A DNA stretch of 64,000 nucleotides from an uncultured Planctomycetota bacterium (GCA_963845755.1 CAWJTV010000020.1:544001-608000), one strand, 5' to 3'. Numbered from the stretch's first letter, positions 22,837 through 34,504 are shown. Numbers and translations are program-made. The notes: generated from the sequence alone by a model not told the origin.

Positions 22837-23271
22837 ATGACGATGCGATTCATGATGCTGATGATTCCCAAGGGGTATGAGAATGCCGTGCTGGGCACGA
22901 TGCCGGACGCGTCGGACGTCGGTAGGATGATGAAGTACAACGAATCCCTGCAGAAGGCCGGCGTGCTGCTGGCGCTTGATGGGCTCCATCCGCCGTCGAT
23001 GGGGGTTCGGGTCTCGTTCGCGGGTGGGAAGGCGAAGGTGACCGACGGTCCGTTCGCCGAGGCGAAGGAGGTGATCGGCGGTTACTGGATGATTCAAGTG
23101 AAGTCGAAGGAGGAGGCGATCGAATGGGCATCTCGCTGCCCCGCACGTGACGACGAAATGATCGAGCTTCGCCAGGTGATGGAATTCTCGGAGTTCCCTG
23201 CCGATGTTCAGGGGGCCGCGGCCGGATTCCCGGAATTACAGGGACAACCCAGACAGCGCGAAGGGTCGTGA
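22837..23271 (+). CDS. YciI/DGPF family protein
   Basis: VTDGPFAEAKEVIGGYW..EEAIEWA.RCP. Confidence 0.9.
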   Translation: MTMRFMMLMIPKGYENAVLGTMPDASDVGRMMKYNESLQKAGVLLALDGLHPPSMGVRVSFAGGKAKVTDGPFAEAKEVIGGYWMIQVKSKEEAIEWASRCPARDDEMIELRQVMEFSEFPADVQGAAAGFPELQGQPRQREGS

Positions 23272-23333
23272 CACACGAATCGCGGCACAACCTGGCTTGC
23301 ACCGACGGAGAGAAGATGGTCTGATCGATCGCC

Positions 23334-24620
23334 ATGACGGCTTCCGATACCCATCGTGCGATCGACGTCGTCTGGAGGATCGAGGCGGCGAAGCTCATCG
23401 CCAGACTCGCCCGGATTGTACGCGACGTCGGTCTGGCCGAGGATCTCGCGCAGGATGCGCTCGTCGCGGCGCTAGAGCAATGGCCGGAGACGGGCGTCCC
23501 CAACAATCCGGGCGCCTGGCTCATGGCCACCGCGAAGCATCGCGCGATCGATTACCTGCGCGAGACGAGCGCCGGGATCGCAAGTACGAGGAACTCGGTC
23601 GCGACCTGGCGACCCAGCAGAGATTGGCCGCGCCGGATATCGACGCCGCACTCGACGACGAGATCGGCGATGACCTGCTGCGCCTCATGTTCACATGCTG
23701 CCATCCGGTCCTTGCCACAGAGGTTCGCGTGGCGCTGACGCTCCGGTTGTTGGGCGGGTTGACGACCTCGGAGATTGCACGGGCGTTCCTGATCTCAGAG
23801 CCGACGGTCGCCCAACGTATCGTCCGGGCGAAGCGGATTCTGGCCGAAAAGGAAGTTCCCTTCGAGGTCCCCCGCGGGACCGAGCTGGTCGAACCGCCTG
23901 TCCTCGGTGCTCGAGGTGATTTATCTCGTGTTCAACGAGGGATACACGGCGACTGCCGGAGGCGACTGGTTGCGGCCCGCTCTCTGCGAGGATGCTCTGC
24001 GGCTCGGCCGAATCCTGGCCGGGCTCGCACCGCAGGAGCCGGAGGTCCACGGTCTGGTCGCACTGATGGAGATCCAAGCGTCGCGCTCGCGGGCGCGTGT
24101 CGGCCCGTCGGGCGAGCCAATCCTGCTCCTCGACCAGAACCGAGCCCTTTGGGATCAACTCCTCATCGGTCGCGGTCTGGCCGCTCTCGAGCGCACCGAG
24201 CAACTGGGAAATACGCGCGGCCGCTACGTCCTACAAGCCGCGATTGCCGCGAATCACGCACGAGCTCTCACCCCGGAGGATACAGACTGGCCGCGAATTG
24301 CGGCACTCTACGCCGAGCTCGGCCATCTCTCGCCATCTCCGGTGGTGGAGCTGAACCGTGCGGTGGCCGTCGCCATGGCCTACGGTCCACGAGCTGGCCT
24401 CGAGGTCCTCGATGCGCTGAACTCGGAGCCGTCTCTTCAGGATTACCACCTCTTGCCCAGTGTGCGCGGTGACCTCCTCGCCAAACTCGGATGCTTCGAC
24501 GGAGCCCGTGCCGAGTTTGAGCACGCGGCTTCCTTGACCCGCAATGCACGCGAGCGCAAGTTGCTCCTGGAGCGCGCACGAACGTGCGACGGCACCTCGA
24601 CACTCCCCGAGTCGCCGTGA
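23334..24620 (+). CDS. ECF sigma factor with C-terminal DUF6596/TPR extension (ECF42-like); frameshifts near 23570 and 23895
   Basis: LAEDLAQDAL..WP..P.NPGAWL; DDLLRLMFTCCHP; VIYLVFNEGY; SPVVELNRAVA; preceded by a DGPF gene as is typical of ECF42. Confidence 0.9.
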
Positions 24621-24830
24621 CGAGAATGGCGCGAGTCGAGTACAGGGGCGACTTTATCAGTACGCAGATTTTTCGCCGCTTCTCTGAAAAAAAATCCTTC
24701 CCGCGCGTCGGATCGCTCATGCCTCACGTGGCCGGAGGCGCGAGACCAGCCTCTCGTAGACTTCCATGAGGGAGTCCGGTGATGTCCAGAGCGACACTCG
24801 AGATACGAGTGCCAGTGATGGGGAGACACC

Positions 24831-25827
24831 TTAGCAGGTCGGACGGCACTCGACGACAAAGCGGCCCGACGGTTGCCGCCCGACGGCGTGAACCTTCAGG
24901 CCGGCTTCGCGAGCCAGCTCGCGGAACTCCGATAGGCTCCGGTTCTTCCCGCCCACCAAGACCAGCATGAGAAGTTCCGGCGAAGGGCTCCCATCCGCGT
25001 CCGGTGAGACGCCGCCGAGAACCACAACGCGCCCGTCGGGTCCTGCCGCCTCGGCGCAGCGCGAGAGGAGAATCCTCGCCTCGCGATCGGGCCAGTCGGC
25101 GAGCACGTTCTTCAGCAGATACAGATCGGCCCCTTCCGGCAGGGGGTCGAAGAAGCTCTGGCCCGCTGCGGTCACACGAGCGGCAACTCCCGCGGCCTGA
25201 AACGTCTCGGCCGATCGAGCCACCGTCGAACGGGAGATCGACCAGCGTGCCCCGAACAGTGGGGTGGGCTCGAAGGATCTCGGCCAGCAGGGAGCCCGTG
25301 CCACCGCCAACGTCGATCACGCTGCTCACCGATTCCCAGTCTCCGGCGAGCAGCACCTCCGGATCGGGGGTGCCGTGACCGGCCGGTCCCATTAATGCGT
25401 CGAAGCTGGCGGCGATCTTGGGATGGGCCTGGAGATCCTCCCAGAACGGGCGGCCGAAGACCTTGTCATAGGCCGGCGCGCCGGTCCTCACAGCATCCAG
25501 CAGGCTACCCCACGCGTACGCCATTCGACCGCCAATACCTTCGAGATCGAGACCAAGACCCATTGCCGAGTGCCGGAGCAGTTTGGCAGGCTCGTTCAAT
25601 GCGAAGCGGGCGGGCGCAGGTTCTAAGAATAAACCTTTGCTAACAAGATGTCTCAACACCCTTCGCAGCGAGTTGGCGTCGGCGCCCGCCGCGGCTGCCA
25701 GGTCCTCGATCTGGTCGATCCCGGCGTCCAGTTTGTCGGCAATCCGAAGAGTTGCGACGACATGAACGCACCACGGAGTGCAGAGATCGATCAGCCCCCA
25801 GATGTCGGGGAGATCCTCCTTGGACAT
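24831..25827 (-). CDS. SAM-dependent O-methyltransferase; frameshift near 25235
   Basis: VIDVGGGTG, GQSFFDPLP.GADLYLLKNVL.DWPD. Confidence 0.85.
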
Positions 25828-25853
25828 TCGTATCTCTCCTCTCCGCGGCCAGC

Positions 25854-26149
25854 CTAGCCGCCGGCGATCGCCCCGATGACCAGAAAGGGCTCCTCTCCCG
25901 ACGCGATGGCGTCAGGGAGCGGGGCATCCGGTGGCTCGAGGGACAGGTCCTGTTCGCAGGCGAAGAAGCGCAAGAACGCTCGACGCCGGTGTGTGGCATG
26001 ATCGCGGATTGTCCCGCGCAGCATCGGATACCGGGCCTCGAGTTCGTCGAGTACCGAGCTCTGAGTGACCGAACCCTCGACGTGCAACTCCACCTCGCCC
26101 TCGACGCGCGCAGCATCCGCAGATGAAACGGGAGCACTACTCGGATCAT
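25854..26149 (-). CDS. MoaD/ThiS ubiquitin-like protein; frameshift near 26110
   Basis: [43 protein letters not shown]-terminal di-Gly; ATGA overlap with upstream gene. Confidence 0.85.
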
Positions 26150-27261
26150 GACAACGTCTGCACCTCGACCGAGAGGACAGCCGGAAGGTCGCGTACGATG
26201 GGAGCCCAACTGTCTCCTCCATTCGCGGATGCGTACACCTGTCCGCCCGTGGTTCCGAAGTACACGCCGCACGAATCGAGCGAATCCACGGCCATGGCGT
26301 CGCGCAGCACGTTGACGTAGCAGTCGCGTTGCGGCAGGCCGTCGGTGAGCGGTTCCCAGTCGTTCCCGCCCGTCCGGCTCCGGTACACGCGCAGCTTCCC
26401 ATCGGGCGGGAAGTGCTCGGAGTCGCTCTTGATCGGGACGACAAAGACCGTGTCCGGCTCGTGGGCATGAACATCGATCGGGAACCCGAAATCGGTCGGC
26501 AAGTTCCCGCTGACCTCGTGCCACGATTCGCCGGCATCGTCGCTGCGCATCACGTCCCAGTGCTTCTGCATGAACAACACGTTCGGGCGCGATGCGTGCT
26601 TGGCGATCCGGTGGACGCAGTGGCCAACCTCCGCATTCGGGTCGGGGATGTACTGCGAATGCAGGCCGCGGTTCATCGGCCGCCATGTCGATCCGCCGTC
26701 GTCGGTCCGAAACACGCCCGCAGCCGAGATCGCGACGAACATCCGGTCGGGATCGGTTGGATCCAGGAGGATCGTGTGGACGCCCATACCCCCCGCGCCC
26801 GGCGACCATCGGGGCCCGGACTCGTGCCCGCGTAATCCCGTAAGCTCCTGCCAGGTGCGGCCGCCGTCCGACGAACGGAACAGTGCGGCGTCCTCCACGC
26901 CGGCGTAGACGGTCTCCGGTTCGGTGAGCGACGGTTCAAGATGCCAGACTCGCTTGAACTCCCAGGGGTGCTGCGTGCCGTCGTACCACTGGTGAGTGCC
27001 CGGGACTCCGTCGTACTTGAACTCGTTGCCGACCGGCTCCCACGTCTTGCCCCCGTCATCGGAGCGCTGGATCAACTGCCCGAACCAACCGCTGCACTGC
27101 GATGCATACAATCGGTTTGCGTCGGCAGGCGAGCCCTTGACGTGGTAGATCTCCCAGCCCGCGAAATGCGGTCCGTTGATCTCCCACTCCTGGCGCTTCC
27201 CGTCCGATGTCAGGACGAACGCACCCTTCCGTGTGCCAACCAGGACTCGAACTGCGCTCAT
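26146..27261 (-). CDS. BNR/Asp-box repeat beta-propeller protein (sialidase-like)
   Basis: [10 protein letters not shown]; repeated RSDDGGKTW / SSDGGRTW / RTDDGGSTW / SANGGDSW; no signal peptide. Confidence 0.9.
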   Translation of the reverse strand: MSAVRVLVGTRKGAFVLTSDGKRQEWEINGPHFAGWEIYHVKGSPADANRLYASQCSGWFGQLIQRSDDGGKTWEPVGNEFKYDGVPGTHQWYDGTQHPWEFKRVWHLEPSLTEPETVYAGVEDAALFRSSDGGRTWQELTGLRGHESGPRWSPGAGGMGVHTILLDPTDPDRMFVAISAAGVFRTDDGGSTWRPMNRGLHSQYIPDPNAEVGHCVHRIAKHASRPNVLFMQKHWDVMRSDDAGESWHEVSGNLPTDFGFPIDVHAHEPDTVFVVPIKSDSEHFPPDGKLRVYRSRTGGNDWEPLTDGLPQRDCYVNVLRDAMAVDSLDSCGVYFGTTGGQVYASANGGDSWAPIVRDLPAVLSVEVQTLS

Positions 27262-27575
27262 CGCCTGGACTCCTTTCTCCGTTCGTTCTTGCCACGCTCC
27301 GCCATCACACGCACCCGCTTGATGGCCTGGGCCCAACCTCCGCCGACAGGATCTTGGACGTCCCGTGGAATCGGCCCGAACGCTCGATGCGTGAGCTTGA
27401 GCCGCCTGTCGCCGGCTTCCGCCGTCAGCCAATACCGCACATCACTGACGACTGGCAACGACATGATCTATGGACCGCTGAATTCCATCAGCGCCGGAGG
27501 TTTGATGACCTGGACCTGCCCCCAGAAGTGGACGGCGTGGTTGCCGAGGTCGCTCGGCCATCTCCATCGCCCTGC
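27258..27575 (-). pseudogene. SRPBCC domain gene remnant (N-terminus missing, in-frame TAG at 27468-27470)
   Basis: [52 protein letters not shown]; 5' boundary approximate. Confidence 0.7.
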
Positions 27576-27612
27576 TCGATGACTCCCTGCCGTGTCCGTT
27601 CGGTTCCGTGGA

Positions 27613-27942
27613 TCACTCGGTTGCTTTCTCCTCGGCCCGCTCCTTGATCCTTTCGAGCTGGTGGTCCCAGAACCGCTCGAACGTCCGCACCCAATCGTGG
27701 ATGGGTCTGAGACGTTCCGCATTCAGCCGATAGAACCGGTGGCGACCCGCACCCCGAACACTGACAAGCCCCACCTGTTTGAGGACTCGCAAATGCTTGG
27801 AGACCTGCGGCTGGGCCAGGCCGAGTGTCGCGACCACATCGTTTACCGGTCGCTCGCCTCGGGCGAGCAGGTCGAGGATCTGTCTCCGTCGCGGTTCGGC
27901 CACCGCGTTGAAGGCATCCGAAGTCGTCGGCGAGCGTGCCAT
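27613..27942 (-). CDS. ArsR/SmtB family transcriptional regulator
   Basis: DAFNAVAEPRRRQILDLL..ERPVND..QPQVSKHLRVLKQVGLV..RFYRLN. Confidence 0.9.
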   Translation of the reverse strand: MARSPTTSDAFNAVAEPRRRQILDLLARGERPVNDVVATLGLAQPQVSKHLRVLKQVGLVSVRGAGRHRFYRLNAERLRPIHDWVRTFERFWDHQLERIKERAEEKATE

Positions 27943-27976
27943 GCCGAGAGTATATACCCTAATGGGAATGTGTCGA
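27943..27976 (-). promoter_or_regulatory. Sigma70-type promoter, probably leaderless, with a candidate ArsR operator in the spacer
   Basis: TCGACA-N16-TATACT-N6-ATG; imperfect dyad ATTCCC-ATTA-GGGTAT between the boxes. Confidence 0.6.
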
Positions 27977-28286
27977 GCGCAGATAGGTCGCGAAAGGAGT
28001 TTCGGCCTCGGCGGTGTGGGCGTACTCCTGCCGATGGCTTTGTGACGACTACCGCCGAACCCGGCACGAGAGCCAACGGATCTTCGCGACTCGGCCCAAC
28101 TCTTGCAGCGCTCGGGGGAAACGATCAGAATCGGGCTACCGAGGCGTCGGACAAACGAGTGCGTCATCCGCGAATTGCACGAGGACGGCGTGCATATCTG
28201 AACGTCAAATGGCAGCCAAGTCTTCAGCTCGACGGGGTTGGAAGTCACCCAAGATACCGCAAACTTGAGAAGGTGAGAATACAACC

Positions 28287-30006
28287 ATGTTTAATAGGAT
28301 TAGGATTCAGCTATCCGTAGTGATGTTTGGAATTGCGGCGGGGGTCACGGCCGCTGCCGAGCCGGTCAAGCTGGCCGGGACTGCCCGGTTCGACCTGTCT
28401 GCCGACGAGCACACGGGGACGATCGAGGAGGGGCGGTTCCTCGAGGGCGATGGGTCGTTGGCCCGGATGAACTGGCTGGCCGCGGCCGAGCAGCCACGAG
28501 CGTACACGGCGAGCTTTCCGGTCACCTACCGGGGCTGGCGGACTGCGGCGGTGCGGTTCACGCCGCGCGCAGTGGTACCGTCCGGTTGACCTTGATGGGG
28601 CCATGGGAGGAAGCGTTCCGAGGAGTGCTCTACCGTCAGGAAGTCCTGTGGGATGACGTCCGGATCGAAGGAGCGGAGCTGCGGGACGGCGGATTCGAAT
28701 CCGCGAGGGGGACGGCCGCTCCCAACTGGCAGAACGGTGGCGGGGCCATCGTCGCGCAAGACTCGAGCGTACCAGCCGTTGAGGGTACGCACTATGCCCG
28801 TACCTGGCATAACCAGACGCTCTTTACGTCGATCCGCGTGACCGGCAACCGCCCGGTGACGATCCGGATCAGCGCCGCGCCGTTCGTCCGGACGACCTCC
28901 GCGAGATGAAGCGGATTGCCAGCCGCGCAACCGCCGCGCATCGGGCCGCGAAACGATTCCTCCGTGGCGCGAACCTGGGCAATGGACTGGAGGCGCCTCC
29001 AGGGCAAGACTGGGGCGTCCATTATACCCCCGCTGACGTCCGGCAGATTCGCGCCGAAGGTTTCGACCATGTGCGCATCCCCATCGGATGGCATCACTAC
29101 ACCGGACCGGGTCCCGACTTCCGGTTGAAGCCCGAGATTTTCGCCCGCGCCGACGAGTTGGTCCAGGCCGGGCTCCGCCAGGGACTGGGCGTCATCATCA
29201 ACATCCATCACTTCGACGATTTCACCACCGACCCCAAAGGCCAGACGGCTCGGTTCCTGGCCATCTGGAGGCAGATCGCCGTGCATTATGCCAAGGCGCC
29301 CGAGCCAATGGCCTTCGAGCTGCTGAATGAGCCCAAGGACGCCGCCACGACCGATGCGATCAACCCGATCTTCGCCGAGGCCATTCACCGTATCCGTGCC
29401 CTCTCCCCGAATCGCACGATTTTCGTCGGGCCGGGCAAGTGGAATAGCGTCAGTGAGCTCCCTCAATTGTTGCTGCCGGATGATGACCAGAACTTGATCG
29501 TCACCGTCCACAACTACGACCCGTTCTTCTTCACACACCAAGGCGCGACCTGGGCGGGTCCCGATACCAAGGTGACCGGCATTCGATTCCCCGGGCCACC
29601 CAGCCGTCGTCTGGTTCCCGACCCGCATCTCAATCTGAGTCGTGGAGTACTCGACTGGATCGAGCGATACAACACGGAGCCCGTCGCGACCAATCCGAGC
29701 AGCCCACTTGCCTTCCAGGTCGCGATCGATCAGGCCCGAGAATGGTCCGAATACTTCGGCCGGCCTATCCACTTCGGCGAGTTCGGCTGCTTTACCAAGG
29801 CCGACCCGGCCTCGCGCGCCCACTACTATCGCGCCTTCCGCAAGGCCGCCGAACGCGCCGGCGCGGGCTGGGCCATCTGGGACTGGAAGGCCGGGTTCCG
29901 CTACTGGGACGAGAAAGCCCATCGGCCCGAGTCGGGAATGCGCGAGGCGCTGTTCGATGCGGACTTGTCGCGGCCCGCTTCAACTCCGAGGAGCACTTCG
30001 CGTTGA
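28287..30006 (+). CDS. Secreted GH5 glycoside hydrolase with N-terminal accessory (CBM-like) region; frameshifts near 28565 and 28885
   Basis: RGANLGNGLEAP, GFDHVRIPI.W, IINIHH, FELLNEP, TVHNYDP, HFGEFG, WAIWD. Confidence 0.85.
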
Positions 30007-30054
30007 AGCATCGATCCGCAAACGCAATCTCGCCCTCGTCGGAGTTCGTAGCAG

Positions 30055-32079
30055 CTACGCCCCGATCTCGGCCATCCGTTCGAACTCGGCCTCGTCGACG
30101 ATCGGAATCCCGAGCTGCCTGGCCTTGTCGAGCTTGCTGCCGGCTTTCTCTCCGGCCAGGACGTAGCTGGTCACCTTGGAAACCGATCCGCTGATCTTGC
30201 CGCCCCGCTCCTTGATGATGGCCTCGGCCTCCTCGCGGGAGCGCTTGGGGAGCGTACCGGTCAAGACGAAGGTCTTGTCGGCGAACACCAGCTTGCCGCC
30301 ACTGGCCTGGACTGGCTGGACGGTCTGCGGGGTAACGCCGACATCTCGGAGTTCGTCGAGCAGCTTCTGGTGCTCGGGGTCCTGGAAATACGCATGGATG
30401 CTGGCCGCGACGACGGGCCCGACCTCGGGGATCGCCTCGAGCTCAGGGAGCGTCATCTTACGCAGCTTGTCTATCGTCTGGACCCGCTCGGCGATGATCT
30501 CGGCCATCCGAGTGCCGACGTGCCGGATCGTCAGTCCGGTGAGGAACCGGTCGAGAGTTCGGGTCTTGCTGTCTTCCAGTCCCTTGACCAGGTTGTCGGC
30601 CGACTTCTTTCCCATACGCTCCAGATCGGCCAGGGTGGTGGCCTCGAGCCGGTAAAGGTCGGCGAGGCTTCGCACCAGTCCCTTGTCTATCAGTTGATTG
30701 ATCAGCTTCTCTCCTAGTCCGTCGATGTCCATGGCATCGCGGTGGGCATACCATCGCATCCATTCCTTGAGCTGGTCCGGGCATCGCGACGGCGAACTCG
30801 TGCAGTAGAAATCGACCTCATCAGCCGTGCGCTCGACCTTCGCGCCGCAACTGGGGCAGCTCCGCGGGAAGTGGAAGAGCGTCTCATCGCCGTTCCGCGC
30901 ATCGGCCTCGACGCGGACGACCTGAGGGATGATCTCGCCGGCCTTTTGAATCACGACCGCGTCGCCGACCCGGACATCCTTGCGCTCGATCTCATCGGCA
31001 TTGTGCAGGCTGGCCCGCTTCACCGTTGTGCCGGCCAGGAGTACCGGCTCCAGCTCGGCGACCGGGGTCAGTTTACCCGTCTTGCCGACCTGCACGGTGA
31101 TCCCCACGAGCCGCGTGACGGCTTGCTCGGCCTCGTATTTGAAAGCAATGGTCCAACGCGGGCTCTTGCTCCGCGCGCCCAACCGCTCGCGCTGGCTGAG
31201 GTCGTCGACTTTCACCACCAGGCCGTCGGTTTGAAAGTCGAGCGTGTTGCGCCGTTCACTCCAGTTCTGGGCATGCTCGATGACCTGATCGATCGTTTCG
31301 TAGCAGGCGGTGTAAGCGCTAACGGGAATGCCCCAGCTCTTCATCAGGCGGGTGATGGCATGATACGAACGTTCGTCGATCCCTTCATATTCACCCAGGC
31401 CGTGCGAGACGAAACGGAGCCGCCGCTGTCCGCAGAGCTTCGAGTCGAGGAGCTTGAGCGAGCCGGCCGTCGAGTTCCGCGGATTCGCGAACGGGAGCTC
31501 CTCGGCGGCGCGGCGCAGCTCGTTGAGCCGGACCAACTCGGAGTTGGTCATGTAGACCTCGCCTCGAACCTCCAGTAACGGGGCGGAGCAGTTCTGGAGG
31601 ACCAGCGGGATTTCCCGGACGGTCTTCAGATTCGCCGTGATGTCATCGCCGCGCTCGCCATCACCGCGCGTCGCCCCCAGGATCAGTCGCCCATGTTCAT
31701 AACGGAGCGAGACCGCCACTCCGTCGACCTTGAGCTCGACCACATCGCGCAGCGGCTCGTCGCGATTCAGTCCCCGACGGACACGGGCATCCCACTCACG
31801 GACCTCGTCGTAGGAATACGTATTGTCGATCGAGAGCATCGGGACGATGTGGCGAACGGTTGCGAAGGCCCCCAGGGGTTGACCACCGACCCGTTGCGTG
31901 GGGCTATCCGGCGTCACCAGCTCCGGATGCTGGACCTCCAGCTCCATGAGCCGATCCATCATGCGATCATATTCACGGTCGCTGATCGCCGGCTGGGCCT
32001 CGACGTAGTAGAGATAGTTATGCCGGTTCAGATCGCCCCGCAGTCGCGCGGCCTCGCGCTCGATGTCCTTACTCGCCAT
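30055..32079 (-). CDS. ligA: NAD-dependent DNA ligase
   Basis: ELKVDG, TRGDG, FANPRN, KSPRW.IAFK, Zn finger, C-terminal BRCT. Confidence 0.98.
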   Translation of the reverse strand: MASKDIEREAARLRGDLNRHNYLYYVEAQPAISDREYDRMMDRLMELEVQHPELVTPDSPTQRVGGQPLGAFATVRHIVPMLSIDNTYSYDEVREWDARVRRGLNRDEPLRDVVELKVDGVAVSLRYEHGRLILGATRGDGERGDDITANLKTVREIPLVLQNCSAPLLEVRGEVYMTNSELVRLNELRRAAEELPFANPRNSTAGSLKLLDSKLCGQRRLRFVSHGLGEYEGIDERSYHAITRLMKSWGIPVSAYTACYETIDQVIEHAQNWSERRNTLDFQTDGLVVKVDDLSQRERLGARSKSPRWTIAFKYEAEQAVTRLVGITVQVGKTGKLTPVAELEPVLLAGTTVKRASLHNADEIERKDVRVGDAVVIQKAGEIIPQVVRVEADARNGDETLFHFPRSCPSCGAKVERTADEVDFYCTSSPSRCPDQLKEWMRWYAHRDAMDIDGLGEKLINQLIDKGLVRSLADLYRLEATTLADLERMGKKSADNLVKGLEDSKTRTLDRFLTGLTIRHVGTRMAEIIAERVQTIDKLRKMTLPELEAIPEVGPVVAASIHAYFQDPEHQKLLDELRDVGVTPQTVQPVQASGGKLVFADKTFVLTGTLPKRSREEAEAIIKERGGKISGSVSKVTSYVLAGEKAGSKLDKARQLGIPIVDEAEFERMAEIGA

Positions 32080-32099
32080 GGCCGGCCCTCCCGCGACCT

Positions 32100-32408
32100 T
32101 TACGACTCGCCCGTCCGCTCCTTAGACTTCGCTCGTGACGAGAACCAAGAATCGGTCGCCATGCCCAGGATTCCTGCCAGCAGCATGACGATAAACTCAG
32201 CACCGAGCGTCAACGGACCATTACGGTCGAACCACTCGGCCATCTTGATCGAGCCCGGGCCGGGCTTCTGGGCTGCGGGGCCGGGCTCGAGGACAAAGGG
32301 ACTCATCAGGTAACCCAGGACGGTCAACACAAACAGCAGGCTCGTCGCGAGCAGAACCACAAAGAAGGGATTCGACAAGATCTCCCGACCGCGTGTCTGC
32401 CCTGACAT
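32100..32408 (-). CDS. Small two-TM membrane protein
   Basis: NPFFVVLL.. and a second hydrophobic helix; lies in the ndk-ligA operon. Confidence 0.7.
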   Translation of the reverse strand: MSGQTRGREILSNPFFVVLLATSLLFVLTVLGYLMSPFVLEPGPAAQKPGPGSIKMAEWFDRNGPLTLGAEFIVMLLAGILGMATDSWFSSRAKSKERTGES

Positions 32409-32470
32409 GATCGATTCGTCCTGGCCCTTTCCTCTGGAGTGCCATGGTCCTCGGTCGGCTCGAACCGCTC

Positions 32471-32926
32471 TCACAAGCCGGCAGAGACCCAGTTTTCGCC
32501 GTCGATCGCGTAATCCAGGACCTCGTCGGGCCGGAACCAGAGTGCGATCTCGCGATGGGCCGACTCAGGACTGTCACTGCCGTGCATCAGGTTATTCTGC
32601 TTGCTGATCGACAGATCGCCCCGGATGGTTCCCGGGGCGGCCGCGGCTCCGTTGGTTGCGCCCAGCATGGCCCGAACCACCGGGATCGCCTCATTGCCTT
32701 CCAGGACCCCGACGATCACCGGCGCACTCGTGATGAAACCGATCAGGCCCTCGAAGAACGGCTTGCCGTGATGTTCGGCGTAATGTTTTTCGGCAAGCCC
32801 GCGGTCAACGCGGATGAGTTTCAGGGCCGCGACTCGTAAGCCCTTCGCCTCGAAGCGTTGCAGGATCGTGCCGACCAACCGGCGCTGGACACAATCCGGT
32901 TTGAAGATGATCAGGGTTCGTTGCAT
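32471..32926 (-). CDS. ndk: Nucleoside diphosphate kinase
   Basis: QRTLIIFKPD, HYAEH.GKPFF, PGTIRGD, NLMHGSDS. Confidence 0.97.
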   Translation of the reverse strand: MQRTLIIFKPDCVQRRLVGTILQRFEAKGLRVAALKLIRVDRGLAEKHYAEHHGKPFFEGLIGFITSAPVIVGVLEGNEAIPVVRAMLGATNGAAAAPGTIRGDLSISKQNNLMHGSDSPESAHREIALWFRPDEVLDYAIDGENWVSAGL

Positions 32927-33003
32927 GGAACTCGAAGTCTTTCGCAGCGTTATGATGATCCGATCCGGCCTGTAGTTTATGCCGCTGGGGCGTCCGTGCA
33001 ACC

Positions 33004-33471
33004 TCAAGCATCGCCGATCGCCTCGCCCGGCTCGACGAGTCGCCAGGGGAGTTCCTCGTATGAGGTGGGATCAAGCCGCCAGATGCGGACGACGGGGGTT
33101 TCATCGAGCAGAGATACGATGATCCGGGGTACTGGCCCGTAATAGTTCTCCTGGAGGTCGATCCGGCTCGGGATGGCCTCACACTCCGGATGGGAGTGAT
33201 AGATTGCCAGAATGTTCAGCTTCCGCTCGCGGAGCGTCCTGTCGACTTCGATCAAATCATGAGGGTCGGCATAGTAGCGCGTGGATCGGGTCTCGATGTC
33301 CGCGATGTTCCGTAGGGGCAGGAACAACGTGACCCTCTGGGCGAGCCCCGCGAGAATGCCGCAGCACTCCATCGGCGCCTCGCGTAAACAATGCGCCACC
33401 ATCGCGTCGTGGAGATTGCGAGGAATATCCAGGAGAATCGATTCGGGGATATCGGCGGATGTCTCGTTCAA
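33004..33471 (-). CDS. M67/JAMM (Mov34) metallopeptidase, Mec-like
   Basis: P.ECCGIL and YHSHP...A.PS..D JAMM motif. Confidence 0.9.
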   Translation of the reverse strand: MNETSADIPESILLDIPRNLHDAMVAHCLREAPMECCGILAGLAQRVTLFLPLRNIADIETRSTRYYADPHDLIEVDRTLRERKLNILAIYHSHPECEAIPSRIDLQENYYGPVPRIIVSLLDETPVVRIWRLDPTSYEELPWRLVEPGEAIGDA

Positions 33472-33534
33472 CGCTCTTTAACCGCAGGGGAGCCGTCGCG
33501 GAACACTATGGCTGGGCCACGACCCTCGCCATCT

Positions 33535-34504
33535 TCATTCCGGGAACAAGGGTGTGGAGAGATAGCGTTCGCCGAGATCGGGAAGGATGACGACCACGAG
33601 TTTACCGGCATTCACAGGGCGGGAGGCCACCTCGATGGCCCCGACGGTGGCCGCGCCGCAGGAGATCCCGCAAAGCATTCCTTCTTCGCGCCAGCCGCCG
33701 AGCCATTTCGAAGGCATCCTCATCGCGGACCGTGACGACCTCGTCGATGACGGCCGTGTTCAACACGTCCGGGATGAAACCCGCACCGAGTCCCTGGATC
33801 TTGTGCGGTCCGGGGCGGAGGGGTTCGTTGCGCCGCAACTGGCCGATGACCGGCGAGGTCAACGGCTCGACGGCGATCATCTGGATCGTGGACTTGCGGT
33901 TCTTCAGGACTTCACCGCATCCCGTGATGGTGCCACCAGTGCCGACCCCACTGACCACGAAATCGACCTTGCCGTCGGTGTCGCGCCAGATCTCCTCGGC
34001 CGTCGTGCGGCGGTGGATCTCGGGGTTGGCGGGATTCTTGAACTGCTGCGGCATGAAGGCGTGCGGGGTGTTCTTCACCAGCTCCTCGGCCCTCCGGACA
34101 GCACCCGGCATACCCTCGGATGCCGGTGTGAGCACGATCTCGGCCCCGAACGCCTTCAGCAGCCGACGCCGTTCCAGGCTCATGCTCTCCGGCATCGTCA
34201 CGATCAGCCGGTATCCGCGAGCCGCGCACGTGAATGCCAGCGCGATGCCCGTATTTCCACTCGTGGGTTCAACGATCACCGTCTCGGGAGTGATCCGGCC
34301 CGCAGCTTCGGCCGCGTTGATCATCGACACCCCGATGCGATCCTTCACTGACCAGAGCGGATTGAAGTTCTCAAGTTTCGCGACCACGTCGGCGTGACAC
34401 CCTCGCACGACGCGCCGCAGGCGAATCAGCGGCGTGTTGCCGATCGTCTGCGTAATGTCATCATAAATCCGCCCGCGAAAGGAATTCGTCTCGACCGTCG
34501 GCAT
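33535..34504 (-). CDS. cysK: Cysteine synthase A; frameshift near 33700
   Basis: [47 protein letters not shown]. Confidence 0.95.

Noticed and set aside
27468..27470. In-frame TAG as pyrrolysine or readthrough
   Set aside because: The gene also lacks its N-terminus and no pyl machinery is visible; decay is simpler
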